A stretch of 64,000 nt of DNA from Candidatus Babeliales bacterium. GTDB lineage: Bacteria; Babelota; Babeliae; Babelales; JANWKD01. The translations under genes and the position numbers were made by a program. This document shows, piece by piece, positions 40,331 through 50,822 of the stretch (its first letter is position 1; each line of letters starts with the position of its first letter). The stretch lies in contig CAVRJM010000001.1 in the NCBI GenBank assembly GCA_963722075.1, forward strand, positions 1,056,001 through 1,120,000, in the 5' to 3' direction. The notes below the pieces were generated by a model. The model ran no database searches. It saw nothing but the letters and a program-made list of their open reading frames with translations, and was not told the origin of the DNA.

Positions 40331-41647
40331 TTATAATCCTGATGGATATGCCTCCGGAGCTTCACCTTCAATCCACATTGAACTTTTTTCAAGGGGCTCA
40401 ACTGCTGAGGTGGTATCATAGTGGATTACTGCATCAAACTGCTGTGCTAATGATGCATAAAAATAATGGCTTTGCCTTTCAGTATGAGGTGCATATACAA
40501 CTCCAATGGCACGTTCCAGCAGTTGTGATGGTACTATATTTTTATCAGATAATAATAATAAAAATGGCGAAATGCCAACCTGATGAAAAAGATGTTCATA
40601 ACTTTTTGGCAATGCATCTCTAATAATTTTTCTCTCAACAGGCATATGCCAATCAGAAGCGGCAGAAACGGTGCCATTATAAGTGGTAAAGCCGACACTA
40701 TATGCCTTTTTATTGAACTGTTCTTTAACTAACTGTCCAATATTAAATTCACCATGCGAAGCCATTTGCGTTGCTGCTGCATTACCAATGTGTGAATTGT
40801 GAGCCCAAATAATTATCTTTGGATGTAATTTATTAGTAGTGTAATAGCGTGTAATTTCCATCACCGTCTCCATCATATGAGCATCCCGCAGGTTCCAATT
40901 ATTTACTTCTTCAAAAAAAAGAGTGCGGTAATAGGCTTCAGCATTTTTTACCACGCGCGCATTTTGTAGAAGATAAAAAGATTCGTTTTCAGTCAACTTT
41001 TTTTCTTTAATTAAGTGCCATGCTTTTTTCCCCATCTCATTTAACTCTGCCATTACTTGTTCTTGGCATGATTTTAAGGGCTTAAAAACAGAATAGCCGT
41101 AAAGAGTTGGGTCCTGTCGAAATTGCTCCAAACAGGCATAATTATGTCTGGCTTGCGCTGCAGCAGCAGTGTCTATTTTTTCAAGATGGGTAATAATAGT
41201 ATCAATCGATTTATAGAGACTATAAAGATCAAGTCCATAAAAATGTATTCGTTGTGCTTCGGGTATTTGTGCATTATAACTTTTTAACCATTCAACGAAT
41301 GAAGTTACCGGAACATTTTGCCACATCCAGGTGGGAAACTTATCAAAAGAAGCGAGCGCCTGGTTAGCAGTTTTGTATTGAGTCTCACCGAGAATATAAT
41401 TATTAATCTGATAGGCATCTGGCCAATCACCTTCGATTGCAATAATATTAAAATGTTTTTCGTGGATAAGCTTTTTTGAAATCTCAGCACGAAGCATATA
41501 AAATTCGTGAGTTCCATGCGTTGCTTCTCCAAGAAGAACTATTTGTGCATCTCCTATATCTTCTAATAATGCAGCATACGCAGCTTCATCAAACAGTCTC
41601 GCTGATCTTTTAATTTTTTCTACGCTCTCAGATTCATGTTTCATCAA
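40331..41647 (-). CDS. Erythromycin esterase family protein
   Basis: LLGEATHGTHEFY, IEGDWPD, WNLRD.HM, WAHNSHIG, ERAIGVVY. Confidence 0.92.
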   Translation of the reverse strand: MMKHESESVEKIKRSARLFDEAAYAALLEDIGDAQIVLLGEATHGTHEFYMLRAEISKKLIHEKHFNIIAIEGDWPDAYQINNYILGETQYKTANQALASFDKFPTWMWQNVPVTSFVEWLKSYNAQIPEAQRIHFYGLDLYSLYKSIDTIITHLEKIDTAAAAQARHNYACLEQFRQDPTLYGYSVFKPLKSCQEQVMAELNEMGKKAWHLIKEKKLTENESFYLLQNARVVKNAEAYYRTLFFEEVNNWNLRDAHMMETVMEITRYYTTNKLHPKIIIWAHNSHIGNAAATQMASHGEFNIGQLVKEQFNKKAYSVGFTTYNGTVSAASDWHMPVERKIIRDALPKSYEHLFHQVGISPFLLLLSDKNIVPSQLLERAIGVVYAPHTERQSHYFYASLAQQFDAVIHYDTTSAVEPLEKSSMWIEGEAPEAYPSGL

Positions 41648-41726
41648 AATCCTTAATTTTAGAATGATTTTTTTTATATAGTAAAAAAATAATTATCATC
41701 TTAAGTCAAAAATAAATGGGAGCCGT

Positions 41727-42371
41727 ATGTATTTACAAGAAATTTCAATTCCAATAGGTAACTCTTATATCAAGGGTGATTTAACACTTCTACCAGATTC
41801 AAAAGCCTTAGTTATTTTTGCTCATGGCAGTGGCAGCAGCAGATTAAGTAAACGAAATCGCTTCGTTGCCGAATTTTTAAATATAGGGAATATCTCAACA
41901 TTATTATTTGATTTATTAACGCCACAAGAAGATGCTATTGATCAGCGCACTCGACAATTTCGATTTGATATTCCTCTTTTAGCAGATCGCCTCATTACCG
42001 TAACACAATGGTTAAAATCGCACCCATCAACTGCAGCTGCGCAATTGGGTTATTTTGGGGCAAGTACTGGTGCAGCAGCTGCATTAATTGCCGCAGCTCG
42101 GCTACCACAAGAAATTTCAGCGGTTGTTTCTCGCGGCGGCAGACCCGATTTGGCCGGCAATTATTTGCCTAAAGTAAAAGCACCTACCTTATTACTGGTG
42201 GGCCAATTAGATCATGATGTTATTACATTAAACGAAGAAGCATTAGAGCAACTAACCTGTACTAAAAAAATAACTATAATCCCAAAAGCAACACATCTTT
42301 TTGAAGAGGCAGGAACCTTAGAAGAAGCTTCAAAAGTGGCACTTGAATGGTTTTTAAAATATCTAACATAA
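41727..42371 (+). CDS. Dienelactone hydrolase-like alpha/beta hydrolase
   Basis: FAHGSGSSR, GYFGASTG, VSRGGRPDLA, HLFEE. Confidence 0.9.
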   Translation: MYLQEISIPIGNSYIKGDLTLLPDSKALVIFAHGSGSSRLSKRNRFVAEFLNIGNISTLLFDLLTPQEDAIDQRTRQFRFDIPLLADRLITVTQWLKSHPSTAAAQLGYFGASTGAAAALIAAARLPQEISAVVSRGGRPDLAGNYLPKVKAPTLLLVGQLDHDVITLNEEALEQLTCTKKITIIPKATHLFEEAGTLEEASKVALEWFLKYLT

Positions 42372-42382
42372 AAAGGGGCACC

Positions 42383-43207
42383 ATGCCAGAAATACCAGAA
42401 CTTGAAGCATATAAATATGTCGTCAAAAAATGTCTTCATAAAAAAATTACTGACATACAATCTTCAAATAAAAAATTAATAAAAAATAATTTTTCTGATT
42501 TTAAAAAACAGCTTATTAATCATGCATTTAGCGATGTCAAAAGAAAAGGAAAATATTTAGAAATAAGCAGTGCAAATTACCATGTGGTTATGCATTTTGG
42601 TTTAACGGGATTTGTTATTTACTCAAAAGATAGTGAAGAAAAAATCAAATTTAGCCGTGTTACATTTATTTTTAATGACGATTCAGTACTACATTGGATT
42701 AGTATTCGGCAGTTTGGTAAAATATGGCTCGTAAAAAATGGCCAAGAACTTAAAGAGCTCAGCAAGCTAGGTGCTGATGCCTTAACAATCTCAAAAAAAG
42801 AATTTCTCAGCCTTACAACGCAATATCAAACCAAAAATATTAAAGCTTTTTTAATGGATCAATCCATTATAGCAGGTATTGGCAATGAATATTCAGATGA
42901 AATTTTATTTCAGGCAGGTATTGATCCACATCATAAAATAGCAGATCTTTCGCAACGTTCTTGCTTAGAAATCTACAATCAAATTAAAAAAGTTTTAAAA
43001 TATGCCATAACGGTTCGGCTTAAGGATATTAAAAAAATGCCTGAGCAAAACTTTTTTGCAAAATCGAATAGAAGCACGTTTAAATCTTCATATCTTCAGG
43101 CTCATAGGCATATTGATATGGTTTGCCCTCATAATAAAAATCATGTATTAAAAAAAGCAACCATAGCCGGAAGAACAACCTATTATTGCCCTAAAGATCA
43201 GAAATGA
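42383..43207 (+). CDS. Fpg/Nei family DNA glycosylase
   Basis: MPEIPE N-terminus, KRKGK, HFGLTG, GIGNEYSDE; degenerate Zn finger (GRTTYYCPKDQ). Confidence 0.9.
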   Translation: MPEIPELEAYKYVVKKCLHKKITDIQSSNKKLIKNNFSDFKKQLINHAFSDVKRKGKYLEISSANYHVVMHFGLTGFVIYSKDSEEKIKFSRVTFIFNDDSVLHWISIRQFGKIWLVKNGQELKELSKLGADALTISKKEFLSLTTQYQTKNIKAFLMDQSIIAGIGNEYSDEILFQAGIDPHHKIADLSQRSCLEIYNQIKKVLKYAITVRLKDIKKMPEQNFFAKSNRSTFKSSYLQAHRHIDMVCPHNKNHVLKKATIAGRTTYYCPKDQK

Positions 43208-43313
43208 AAATAAATGATTCAGTGGACAGATTTTATTGCCAATACGTTTTATTTATCTTATATTTACTTATCTTTTTTATCATCCATAAGCTCCTGATAA
43301 GGTAAATAAACCT

Positions 43314-44063
43314 ATGAAATTTAAATATATAATTTTAGTATTTCTTACTATTTTTTCTGCTCATGCGCACTTAGTTCACATTAATTCCATTAAAGAAGTA
43401 ATTACGTATTTGGATTCAAATAAAAACGTTATGGTTGTTTTTGATATTGATAATACGCTTTTACATCCTAAAACCGATTTAGGATCAGACCAATGGTTTT
43501 GCAATGAATTACAAAACCACGTAGCACAGGGACTTGATCATACCCGCGCACTTGCTCATGTATTGCCCCTTTATTTTCATATCAATCATAATATTGAATT
43601 AGTTACTACCGAAGAAAATTTACCTGAAATTGTCTCTATTATTCAAAAAAAATGTGCCCACGTTTATTGTCTAACAACCCGTTCGCTTGATTTGGTTGAA
43701 AAAACAATAGAACAATTAGAAAAAAATAACTTACATTTTAAATCAACCATTCAAGAATTTTTTCTCCCTTTGCCACACACCTGTTTTTATAAATCAAATA
43801 TCCTTTTTTGCGGTAAAAATGATAAAGGAACCGTGTTATCAACGTTTTTAGATACCATTAATTATCAGCCTGATAGTATTATTTTTGTTGATGATAAAGA
43901 ATCGCATCTACATTGTGTATTAGAAGCTGCTCAAAAAAGAGATATTGAATATATTGGGTTACGATATGCAGGTTGTGACGAACGAGTAAAAAGTTTCAAT
44001 AGAGAATTAACTGAACAAGAGCTACAGCTTTTCTTATCCAACCATCCGTTAGCATCCTATTGA
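43314..44063 (+). CDS. Secreted HAD-like protein (DUF2608-like)
   Basis: Signal; FDIDNTL, LGSDQWF, LTTR, DKG, IIFVDDK. Confidence 0.8.
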   Translation: MKFKYIILVFLTIFSAHAHLVHINSIKEVITYLDSNKNVMVVFDIDNTLLHPKTDLGSDQWFCNELQNHVAQGLDHTRALAHVLPLYFHINHNIELVTTEENLPEIVSIIQKKCAHVYCLTTRSLDLVEKTIEQLEKNNLHFKSTIQEFFLPLPHTCFYKSNILFCGKNDKGTVLSTFLDTINYQPDSIIFVDDKESHLHCVLEAAQKRDIEYIGLRYAGCDERVKSFNRELTEQELQLFLSNHPLASY

Positions 44064-44080
44064 TATGCACAGTTAGCACA

Positions 44081-44150
44081 TTAAATAGAGCAGTGGGCTA
44101 TAGTTATATGAAAATTCTATGGGGGAAACCTTAATATAAGGGCTGCGGTA
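44081..44150 (-). pseudogene. Duplicated 3' end of the 2H-phosphoesterase gene
   Basis: Encodes FHITIAHCSI*, same as the end of 44952-45395. Confidence 0.7.
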
Positions 44151-44185
44151 ATCTGATATGATTATTTGTTTACGTTTCCAGCAGC

Positions 44186-44890
44186 TTAAGACTGTGGCAA
44201 CTCTAATGGATACGTATGTTGATCTTTTTTGACAATCAGTGAGCAGCCTAATGCCTCCATAATTTTTAAGAAGCTTTGTAAAGTAATATTAGTTTTAGTT
44301 CCAGAACGAATGCCCTGTACAATTGCCGATGACAAACCTGCTTCACGAGCTAACTGTCTTACTGAGATTTCATCCTCCTTCATAAGAGCTAGAAGTAATT
44401 CTGATAAAACAAGATCTCGATAACCTTCATCAAATTTTTTCTTACGTTCAGGACTCATTTTTGCAATATGACGATCATATGTCGTTTGAACATTTTTACT
44501 ATTTTTTTTGGTCATAATATATGCTCCTTTAACTCGTTCAACATAATCAAATCTATAATTCAATGCTCTACTTTTTTCTTTTTGGGGTAATTTATCTGTT
44601 TTCTTTTCAAAAGCGTTTGTTACAATTATATTTGATCCTTTAACAAAGAAGCATAAGAATCTATCGGGTGAAGGTTTAAAAGCATAGATCTGATCATCTT
44701 CGTTCCTAAATTTCTCAATATTATGAATATGGCCTGTATTTGCAATAAGTTTAAATAGATACAGTATTTTATCTTGTCTAATTTCATCTAAGTTTTCATA
44801 ATATTGATGGGATTGGCTTTTTCCTTTTGAATCATAATACCATTCTATGGTAAATTTAGGTCCAGCATATGCTATAAATTCTTTTTTCAT
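44186..44890 (-). CDS. Type II TA pair in one frame: RelE/Gp49-like toxin + XRE HTH antitoxin (internal start 44515)
   Basis: IEWYY, EKFR.E...IYAFKP...RFLCFF, TNAFEKK; aaaggag RBS before MTKKN; SVRQLAREAGLS HTH. Confidence 0.8.
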   Translation of the reverse strand: MKKEFIAYAGPKFTIEWYYDSKGKSQSHQYYENLDEIRQDKILYLFKLIANTGHIHNIEKFRNEDDQIYAFKPSPDRFLCFFVKGSNIIVTNAFEKKTDKLPQKEKSRALNYRFDYVERVKGAYIMTKKNSKNVQTTYDRHIAKMSPERKKKFDEGYRDLVLSELLLALMKEDEISVRQLAREAGLSSAIVQGIRSGTKTNITLQSFLKIMEALGCSLIVKKDQHTYPLELPQS

Positions 44891-44951
44891 TGAATTCCAT
44901 TTTGCTAATTACTTTCTAAAATCGTATCATTTAAATGCTACAAAGTCAAGA

Positions 44952-45395
44952 TTAAATAGAACAATGGGCTATAGTTATATGAAACTCTATTGGAAAGCCT
45001 TTATATACTGGTTTTTGCGATAAGCCGTAATCGGCACGCAGCTGGGCTAATGAAGGTATAGTTACCATTAATACAAAATATCCTTTTTTTCCTAGCATCA
45101 CGTAACATAAATTTTCAATTGAAAAGCCATGCGTTTTACCTAAATCTTCTGGTTTTACTACTACGTGTTCATCGGGGTAAAAAATAGTAACATGCGCTCC
45201 TGCTGATTTAGCTTCAGAAAAATAATCTGGCTTTTCTATGGAAAGATTTGTATCCAAAAAATCGTAGAGCTGATGAATATACTCATCAGTAATCTTCAAA
45301 TACGCATAAAGGTCTTTTTGCATAAGCGTACCAGTAGCATTAAGCATATGCGCTTTTTCTAGTAATGGTTCATTAGTGAGTGTAGTTATTAACAT
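44952..45395 (-). CDS. 2H phosphoesterase superfamily protein
   Basis: Two HxT motifs (AHVTI, FHITI). Confidence 0.65.
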   Translation of the reverse strand: MLITTLTNEPLLEKAHMLNATGTLMQKDLYAYLKITDEYIHQLYDFLDTNLSIEKPDYFSEAKSAGAHVTIFYPDEHVVVKPEDLGKTHGFSIENLCYVMLGKKGYFVLMVTIPSLAQLRADYGLSQKPVYKGFPIEFHITIAHCSI

Positions 45396-45520
45396 ACGAA
45401 ATAAAGTTAGGATTATTTACCATATTCCCATTCAGATCACAAATATAGTCTTGTCAAAAGATACTTATTTCTGTCACATTTTAATTATTATATATTTTAA
45501 TCAAGAAATGGTATCGGTAA

Positions 45521-46210
45521 ATGAAAAAATTATTTTTACTATTATTTTTATGCAATGTAACAAACCAACACTCGTTATTCTGCGTTAAAAAGGACTCGCG
45601 AATGACAAATAAAAAAGAAGAATACGAAATTCCATTAACCGAAGATTTAATGCGCGAACATGGTATTTTGAATCGTGTCTTATTAATTTATGAAGAGATT
45701 ATTAAACGAATTGATGCTAATACTGATTTCTCAGTTACCACGCTTAAAAATGCGGTAACCATAATAAAATCTTTTATTGAAGATTATCACGAAAAACTCG
45801 AAGAAGATTATGTGTTTCCACTTTTTGAAAAACACAAAAAAGAAATACGACTCATCAAAACATTAAAAAATCAACACAACAAAGGCCGCGAGATTACTGC
45901 ACAGCTACAAAAAATAATCGCCAAAGAGCCTTTGGAACCAAAAAATAAAAAGCTCATAAAAAATTTGTTATATAAATTTATTAGAATGTACCGTCCTCAT
46001 GAAGCCCGTGAAGATACGGTTCTTTTTCCTCAAGTGCGTTCACTAATAAGCCAAGAAGAGTTTAAGGAACTTGGTGAGCGCTTTGAAGATCTTGAACATA
46101 AGCTATTTGGTGAAAATGGTTTTGAAACCATGGTACAAAAAGTAGCAGATATCGAAAAAGAGCTTGGAATTTACCAGTTAGAGCAATTTACCCCACAGCT
46201 AGAACAATAA
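45521..46210 (+). CDS. Hemerythrin-like domain protein
   Basis: LMREH, YHEKLEEDYVFP, QH, HEAREDTVLFP. Confidence 0.85.
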   Translation: MKKLFLLLFLCNVTNQHSLFCVKKDSRMTNKKEEYEIPLTEDLMREHGILNRVLLIYEEIIKRIDANTDFSVTTLKNAVTIIKSFIEDYHEKLEEDYVFPLFEKHKKEIRLIKTLKNQHNKGREITAQLQKIIAKEPLEPKNKKLIKNLLYKFIRMYRPHEAREDTVLFPQVRSLISQEEFKELGERFEDLEHKLFGENGFETMVQKVADIEKELGIYQLEQFTPQLEQ

Positions 46211-48730
46211 CTATAGTTTATTTTTAAAGCGTACTATCTTTCCTATTTCTATCCAAAAAGTTGTACAACTAACAATGATTATTAATTCAATCCATAAAGA
46301 AATTGGCAACCATGTTGTTTTTAAATAAGAATAAAGCCAAGGGACCACCGTTATTACGATTGATAATAAAATCATCGCCAGCAACCAAAATGTCCCAAAA
46401 TAATTTGAAAAAATTCCTTGTTTAATTAAGGGAAGTTCTTCTTGCTTCAAATTTAGTGCTAACAAAATATGCCCCAAAAGCCAGGCAACAAATGCAGCAG
46501 TTTGAGCTACCGTTAAATCATAGTGTTGGTATGTTCTTAAATAGATAAATAGAATCCCTAAAGCAAGTGGTACGCTATTTTGTATAATTTTTATAATCAA
46601 CGGCCTTCCCAGAAAACTTTTTATGCGTTGAACAGGTTTTTCCATAATGCCAGGCTCAGCCGTTTCAGTTACAAATATTGTTGAAGAAGCTAAATCCATG
46701 AGCAGCTCAATTAAAATTATTTGAATAGGTGCAAAAGGAAAAGGAATTCCTAAAAAGAGTGGTATTAAGAAAATAATTAAAAGAACACATTTAGCAGATA
46801 AATAATAAGAAAGACCTTTCTTGAAATTATCCAGAGCTCTTCTACCAATTGCAATTGCATCAGGAACATGTACATAATTATCATCAGTTAAAATTAGATC
46901 TGAAACTTCTTTTGCTAAATCAGTTCCAATCTGACCCATAACAATGCCTACCTGTGCTGCTTTTAATGCTGGTGCATCATTAACGCCATCGCCAATTACC
47001 GCTACAATTTCATCTTCTTGCTGCAGCAATCTAACAAGACGTAATTTTTGTGAAGGATCCATGCGCGCAAAAATACTCGATTGTTTAAGCTTTGAAACAA
47101 ACTCTTTATCATCCATTGTATCAAATTGATCACCCGTGATTACTTCACCTGATATGCCTACTTGCGCCGCTATTGCTTGGGCAGTTGCTTTATGATCTCC
47201 CGTTACAATAAAGGTGCGTACATATGCTTTTTCTAATAGAGCAATCGCTTCTTTAACACCAGGGCGTACTGGATCGCTAATAACGGCAAGTGCCACAAAA
47301 GTAAGATCATTAAGATCATCTAATTGTTTATTATTATTTTCTAAAAAAGCGTATGCCGTTACCCTTTTACCTAACCCCGCCTGTTTTTGTGCTTCACCTT
47401 TCAAGACATTCTTTTTATCAGTAGGTAATGTTGATTGCTCAATTATTATTTCCGGACTACCGGCAACTGCATGTATAATAGTTTTATTTTTTTGATAGAG
47501 TAAATCACGCCACGGTTTATTATCTGAAAATCCAGTAAACCCTATTTGATTAAAATGCTTTTTTTTGTATTCGAGTGCTTCAAAAACTGCTTTATCAGTG
47601 GGATCACTATAATAATCAGGAAGGGCGAGCATTATTTTTCCTTGCATGCGCTCCGATAATTTTTTTATTTCACCATCGATCGTATAAAACGATTCAAGAA
47701 CCATAGTACTTTCAGTTATCGTTCCTGTTTTATCACTAACAACGGACGTCACTTGTCCAATTATTTCAACACCACGCAAACGCTTTACAATAACTTGTTT
47801 TTTGGCAAGAACGAAGGCAGCAAGCGCCAAGGCCATTGTTATTATAATGGGCGGTTGTCCTGGAATCATCAAAAAAGTAAGCGACAACCACGTAAGAATC
47901 ATTTCTTGCAGGCCTAAACCCCTCAAAAAACCAATGGCCGGAATAAGAGCACTCGCCAATAAAGCAAAGATAGCTAGTACTTTTGCAAGCTTAGTCATCG
48001 ATTCTTGTAATACTGTTTCCTCCTTGTGCGTTTCTTGTACTTGGTGGGCGATTTTTCCAAATTCACTCTTTTGGCCTACACCAATTGCAATCGCCGTTCC
48101 TTCACCATTCAACACCGTAGTTCCTGAAAAAACAGTATTAATACGTTCTGCTAATGGAGTTTGTTGATTTACCATTGCATCGGCATTTTTTTCAACAGGC
48201 AATGATTCACCCGTCAGCGAAGCCTCATTAACAATCAACCCATGCGATGAAAGCAATCGTGCATCAGCAGGAATAAATACCCCTTCAAAAAGAACTAAAA
48301 TATCACCTACCACAACATCACTTGTTTTTATTTTAGTTGGCTTACCATTTCGAATTACCATGGTGGTTGGTGCTGAAAGGTTTTTCAGCCGAGCCATTAT
48401 GTTATCTGCTCTATATTTATTTATGAATTCAATGGCGATGTACGCTGCAACTACCCCTATCATCGCGAGCGCTTCAACATATTTTCCAAACACCAAAGAA
48501 AGGAGCGCTATACTTAATAATAAAAGCATCATAGGTTCTTTGATGCCCTCAACAATTAATGCCAGTACTGTTTTTTGTTTGCTTTCAATGAACGTATTTG
48601 AGCCAAATTTTTTTCTAGATTCGGTTACTTGGGCATCAGATAATCCCTGTTGCGGAACCACCTGTAATAACGCAAGAATTTTCTCTTTTGGAACACTCCA
48701 CCATGGCATTTTAGTACTAGTATCATTCAT
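46211..48730 (-). CDS. Cation-transporting P-type ATPase (type II-like)
   Basis: LTGES, DKTGT, TGD, GDGVNDAPAL; M4 motif PGQPP instead of PEGLP. Confidence 0.92.
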   Translation of the reverse strand: MNDTSTKMPWWSVPKEKILALLQVVPQQGLSDAQVTESRKKFGSNTFIESKQKTVLALIVEGIKEPMMLLLLSIALLSLVFGKYVEALAMIGVVAAYIAIEFINKYRADNIMARLKNLSAPTTMVIRNGKPTKIKTSDVVVGDILVLFEGVFIPADARLLSSHGLIVNEASLTGESLPVEKNADAMVNQQTPLAERINTVFSGTTVLNGEGTAIAIGVGQKSEFGKIAHQVQETHKEETVLQESMTKLAKVLAIFALLASALIPAIGFLRGLGLQEMILTWLSLTFLMIPGQPPIIITMALALAAFVLAKKQVIVKRLRGVEIIGQVTSVVSDKTGTITESTMVLESFYTIDGEIKKLSERMQGKIMLALPDYYSDPTDKAVFEALEYKKKHFNQIGFTGFSDNKPWRDLLYQKNKTIIHAVAGSPEIIIEQSTLPTDKKNVLKGEAQKQAGLGKRVTAYAFLENNNKQLDDLNDLTFVALAVISDPVRPGVKEAIALLEKAYVRTFIVTGDHKATAQAIAAQVGISGEVITGDQFDTMDDKEFVSKLKQSSIFARMDPSQKLRLVRLLQQEDEIVAVIGDGVNDAPALKAAQVGIVMGQIGTDLAKEVSDLILTDDNYVHVPDAIAIGRRALDNFKKGLSYYLSAKCVLLIIFLIPLFLGIPFPFAPIQIILIELLMDLASSTIFVTETAEPGIMEKPVQRIKSFLGRPLIIKIIQNSVPLALGILFIYLRTYQHYDLTVAQTAAFVAWLLGHILLALNLKQEELPLIKQGIFSNYFGTFWLLAMILLSIVITVVPWLYSYLKTTWLPISLWIELIIIVSCTTFWIEIGKIVRFKNKL

Positions 48731-48870
48731 ACACGCGCTCTTTTCTCATTAACTAAATAAATTTCTACATTCAAATAAACTTACAATTATTCGATTAATT
48801 GAATTAAGAGTTTTTTATAAAGTAAAATTAGTAATATATGAACGAAATGAAAAACAAAGGAGAAAAGAAC

Positions 48871-49551
48871 ATGAAGATACTTATGGTACTCACCTCCCAT
48901 GACCAATTGGGTAACACCGGCCGCAAGACCGGCTTCTGGCTAGAAGAATTCGCGGCCCCCTATTATGTATTCAGGGACGCTGGCGTTGAATTAACATTAG
49001 CCTCACCAAAAGGTGGGCAACCTCCCATTGATCCCAAAAGTGATCTACCAGAAAACCAAACTCCTGCCATGTTGCGGTTCAAGCAGGATAAAATAGCGCA
49101 AAAAGCACTTTCCCAAACGCTCAAGCTTGCCGATATGAAGGCAGAAGATTTTGATACCATATTTTATGTAGGCGGCCATGGCCCTATGTGGGATCTTGTG
49201 GATAATCCTGATTCCATAGCGCTGATTGAATCTTTTTACGATTCAGGCAAGCCGGTTGCTGCAGTCTGCCATTCACCAGCAGTGTTCCACCGAGTAATCT
49301 ACAAGGGCGCTCCACTGGTAAAGGGCAAGCACGTTACGGGCTTCACTAACGGTGAAGAGGAAGCAGTTCATCTTACTAAGGTGGTACCATTTCTTGTTGA
49401 AGATGAACTGAAAAGATTGGGTGCTATCTATGAAAAAGGGCCCGATTGGCAAAGCTTTGTAGTTGTTGATGGTCGACTTGTTACCGGACAAAATCCCGCA
49501 TCGTCTACCGCCGCAGCGCGTGCGCTTTTGAATCTATTTGCAAAGAAATAA
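48871..49551 (+). CDS. DJ-1/PfpI (Hsp31-like) type 1 glutamine amidotransferase-like protein
   Basis: TGFWLEE, GGHGPMWDL, AVCH, TGQNPAS. Confidence 0.93.
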   Translation: MKILMVLTSHDQLGNTGRKTGFWLEEFAAPYYVFRDAGVELTLASPKGGQPPIDPKSDLPENQTPAMLRFKQDKIAQKALSQTLKLADMKAEDFDTIFYVGGHGPMWDLVDNPDSIALIESFYDSGKPVAAVCHSPAVFHRVIYKGAPLVKGKHVTGFTNGEEEAVHLTKVVPFLVEDELKRLGAIYEKGPDWQSFVVVDGRLVTGQNPASSTAAARALLNLFAKK

Positions 49552-49637
49552 TCCATATTTTACCCCATCAATGGAGGATAAAGCCGCTCGTTGTATATTA
49601 ATTTGAAAGTTAATGCGCTTTTAGTCAAACTGGTGGT

Positions 49638-50113
49638 TTATCTATCGTTTATTAGCTGAACAATCTCTTTATAACCTTTACGTTTGGCAATCTGCAAGGC
49701 TCTATTTCCCTGAACATTTGCAATATCAGGATTAGCACCCTTATCAAGAAGTAACTTTGCAATATCTTTATGACCCTTTTTAGTAGCTTTTATCAAACCT
49801 GAAGTAGTTGTAGGAGGTGAACCCCCGCCCAGGCAGTACTGTTAGGATCAGCACCCTCATTAATAAGCAACTCTACAATATCTTTATCGCCTTTTCCGGC
49901 CGCTTGTACTAAAGCGTAACCCATACTATGTTTTCTAAATGTGGAATTGGTAGCAAGTAGTAATTTTGGAACGACGTTTCATCAAAAGATTTAAGAGCCG
50001 CTAGTATTGCCTGCCCTTGCTGGGCCTTATCAGAATTATAGGTAAAGCCTATGCCAAGTTTTTAGTAGCAATCCAGCAAACATTAATAAATTGATATTTT
50101 TTATATATTTTAT
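49638..50113 (-). pseudogene. Fragmented secreted ankyrin gene
   Basis: Separate fragments GYALVQAAGKGDKDIVELLINEGADPN and LIKATKKGHKDIAKLLLDKGANPD; ATA at the expected start. Confidence 0.7.
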
Positions 50114-50126
50114 GATTGAACCTTAT

Positions 50127-50822
50127 TTACTTTAAGACTTCGCCCTGTTTTCTTAGATAATCTCTAATAACATTAGCAATATTGGTATATTTTTCAGCAT
50201 CATAACCATAAAATTCAGCATAATATTCAACAAGTTCAAGCGCTGTTTGGCCTGAAATCTCTCTAAGGCTGAGATCAGTACCTGCAGCCATAAGAACTTT
50301 AACAGTTTCGACATGGCCTCCATGTGTAGCGCACATGAGCGCTGTTTTATACACACAATCTTGGGCATTAACTTCAGCGCCCGCAGCTATGAGAGCCCTA
50401 ACAGTATCAGTATGGCCTTCTTCTGCAGCTTTCATGAGCGCTGTCTCATAAGCACGACCTCTAGCATGAATATTAGCACCTGCAGCTATGAGAACCATAA
50501 CAGTATCAGTATGGCCTTTTCGTGCAGCAATCATAAGAGCATTGCCTAACAGAGTTTCAGCATTAACCTTAGCTCCTGAAGCTAGAAGAATTTTGACAAT
50601 ATCAGTATGGCCGTTCCTTGCAGCAAGAGTGAGTGCTGTATCTTTCCAATAATTCCCATCTACGGCGTTAACATTGGCACCTGCGGCTATACGAGCTTTA
50701 ACATCTTCAATATTGCCATTCTGCGCAGCCCTCATGAGGTCATCATTGAGATCCGCAAATGCGGTAGAACTGGCAAAAAGCGCAAAGATGAGCATTAGTA
50801 AAACATTTTTAAACAATTTCAT
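50127..50822 (-). CDS. Secreted ankyrin-repeat protein (5-6 repeats)
   Basis: Signal MKLFKN...AFA; repeated TALM.AA..GH.DTV..L.AAGA.VNA. Confidence 0.92.
   Translation of the reverse strand: MKLFKNVLLMLIFALFASSTAFADLNDDLMRAAQNGNIEDVKARIAAGANVNAVDGNYWKDTALTLAARNGHTDIVKILLASGAKVNAETLLGNALMIAARKGHTDTVMVLIAAGANIHARGRAYETALMKAAEEGHTDTVRALIAAGAEVNAQDCVYKTALMCATHGGHVETVKVLMAAGTDLSLREISGQTALELVEYYAEFYGYDAEKYTNIANVIRDYLRKQGEVLK

Noticed and set aside
40331..41647. Macrolide resistance gene (ere)
   Set aside because: Family-level match only; the context points to the Rv2030c-like group, not EreA/EreB.
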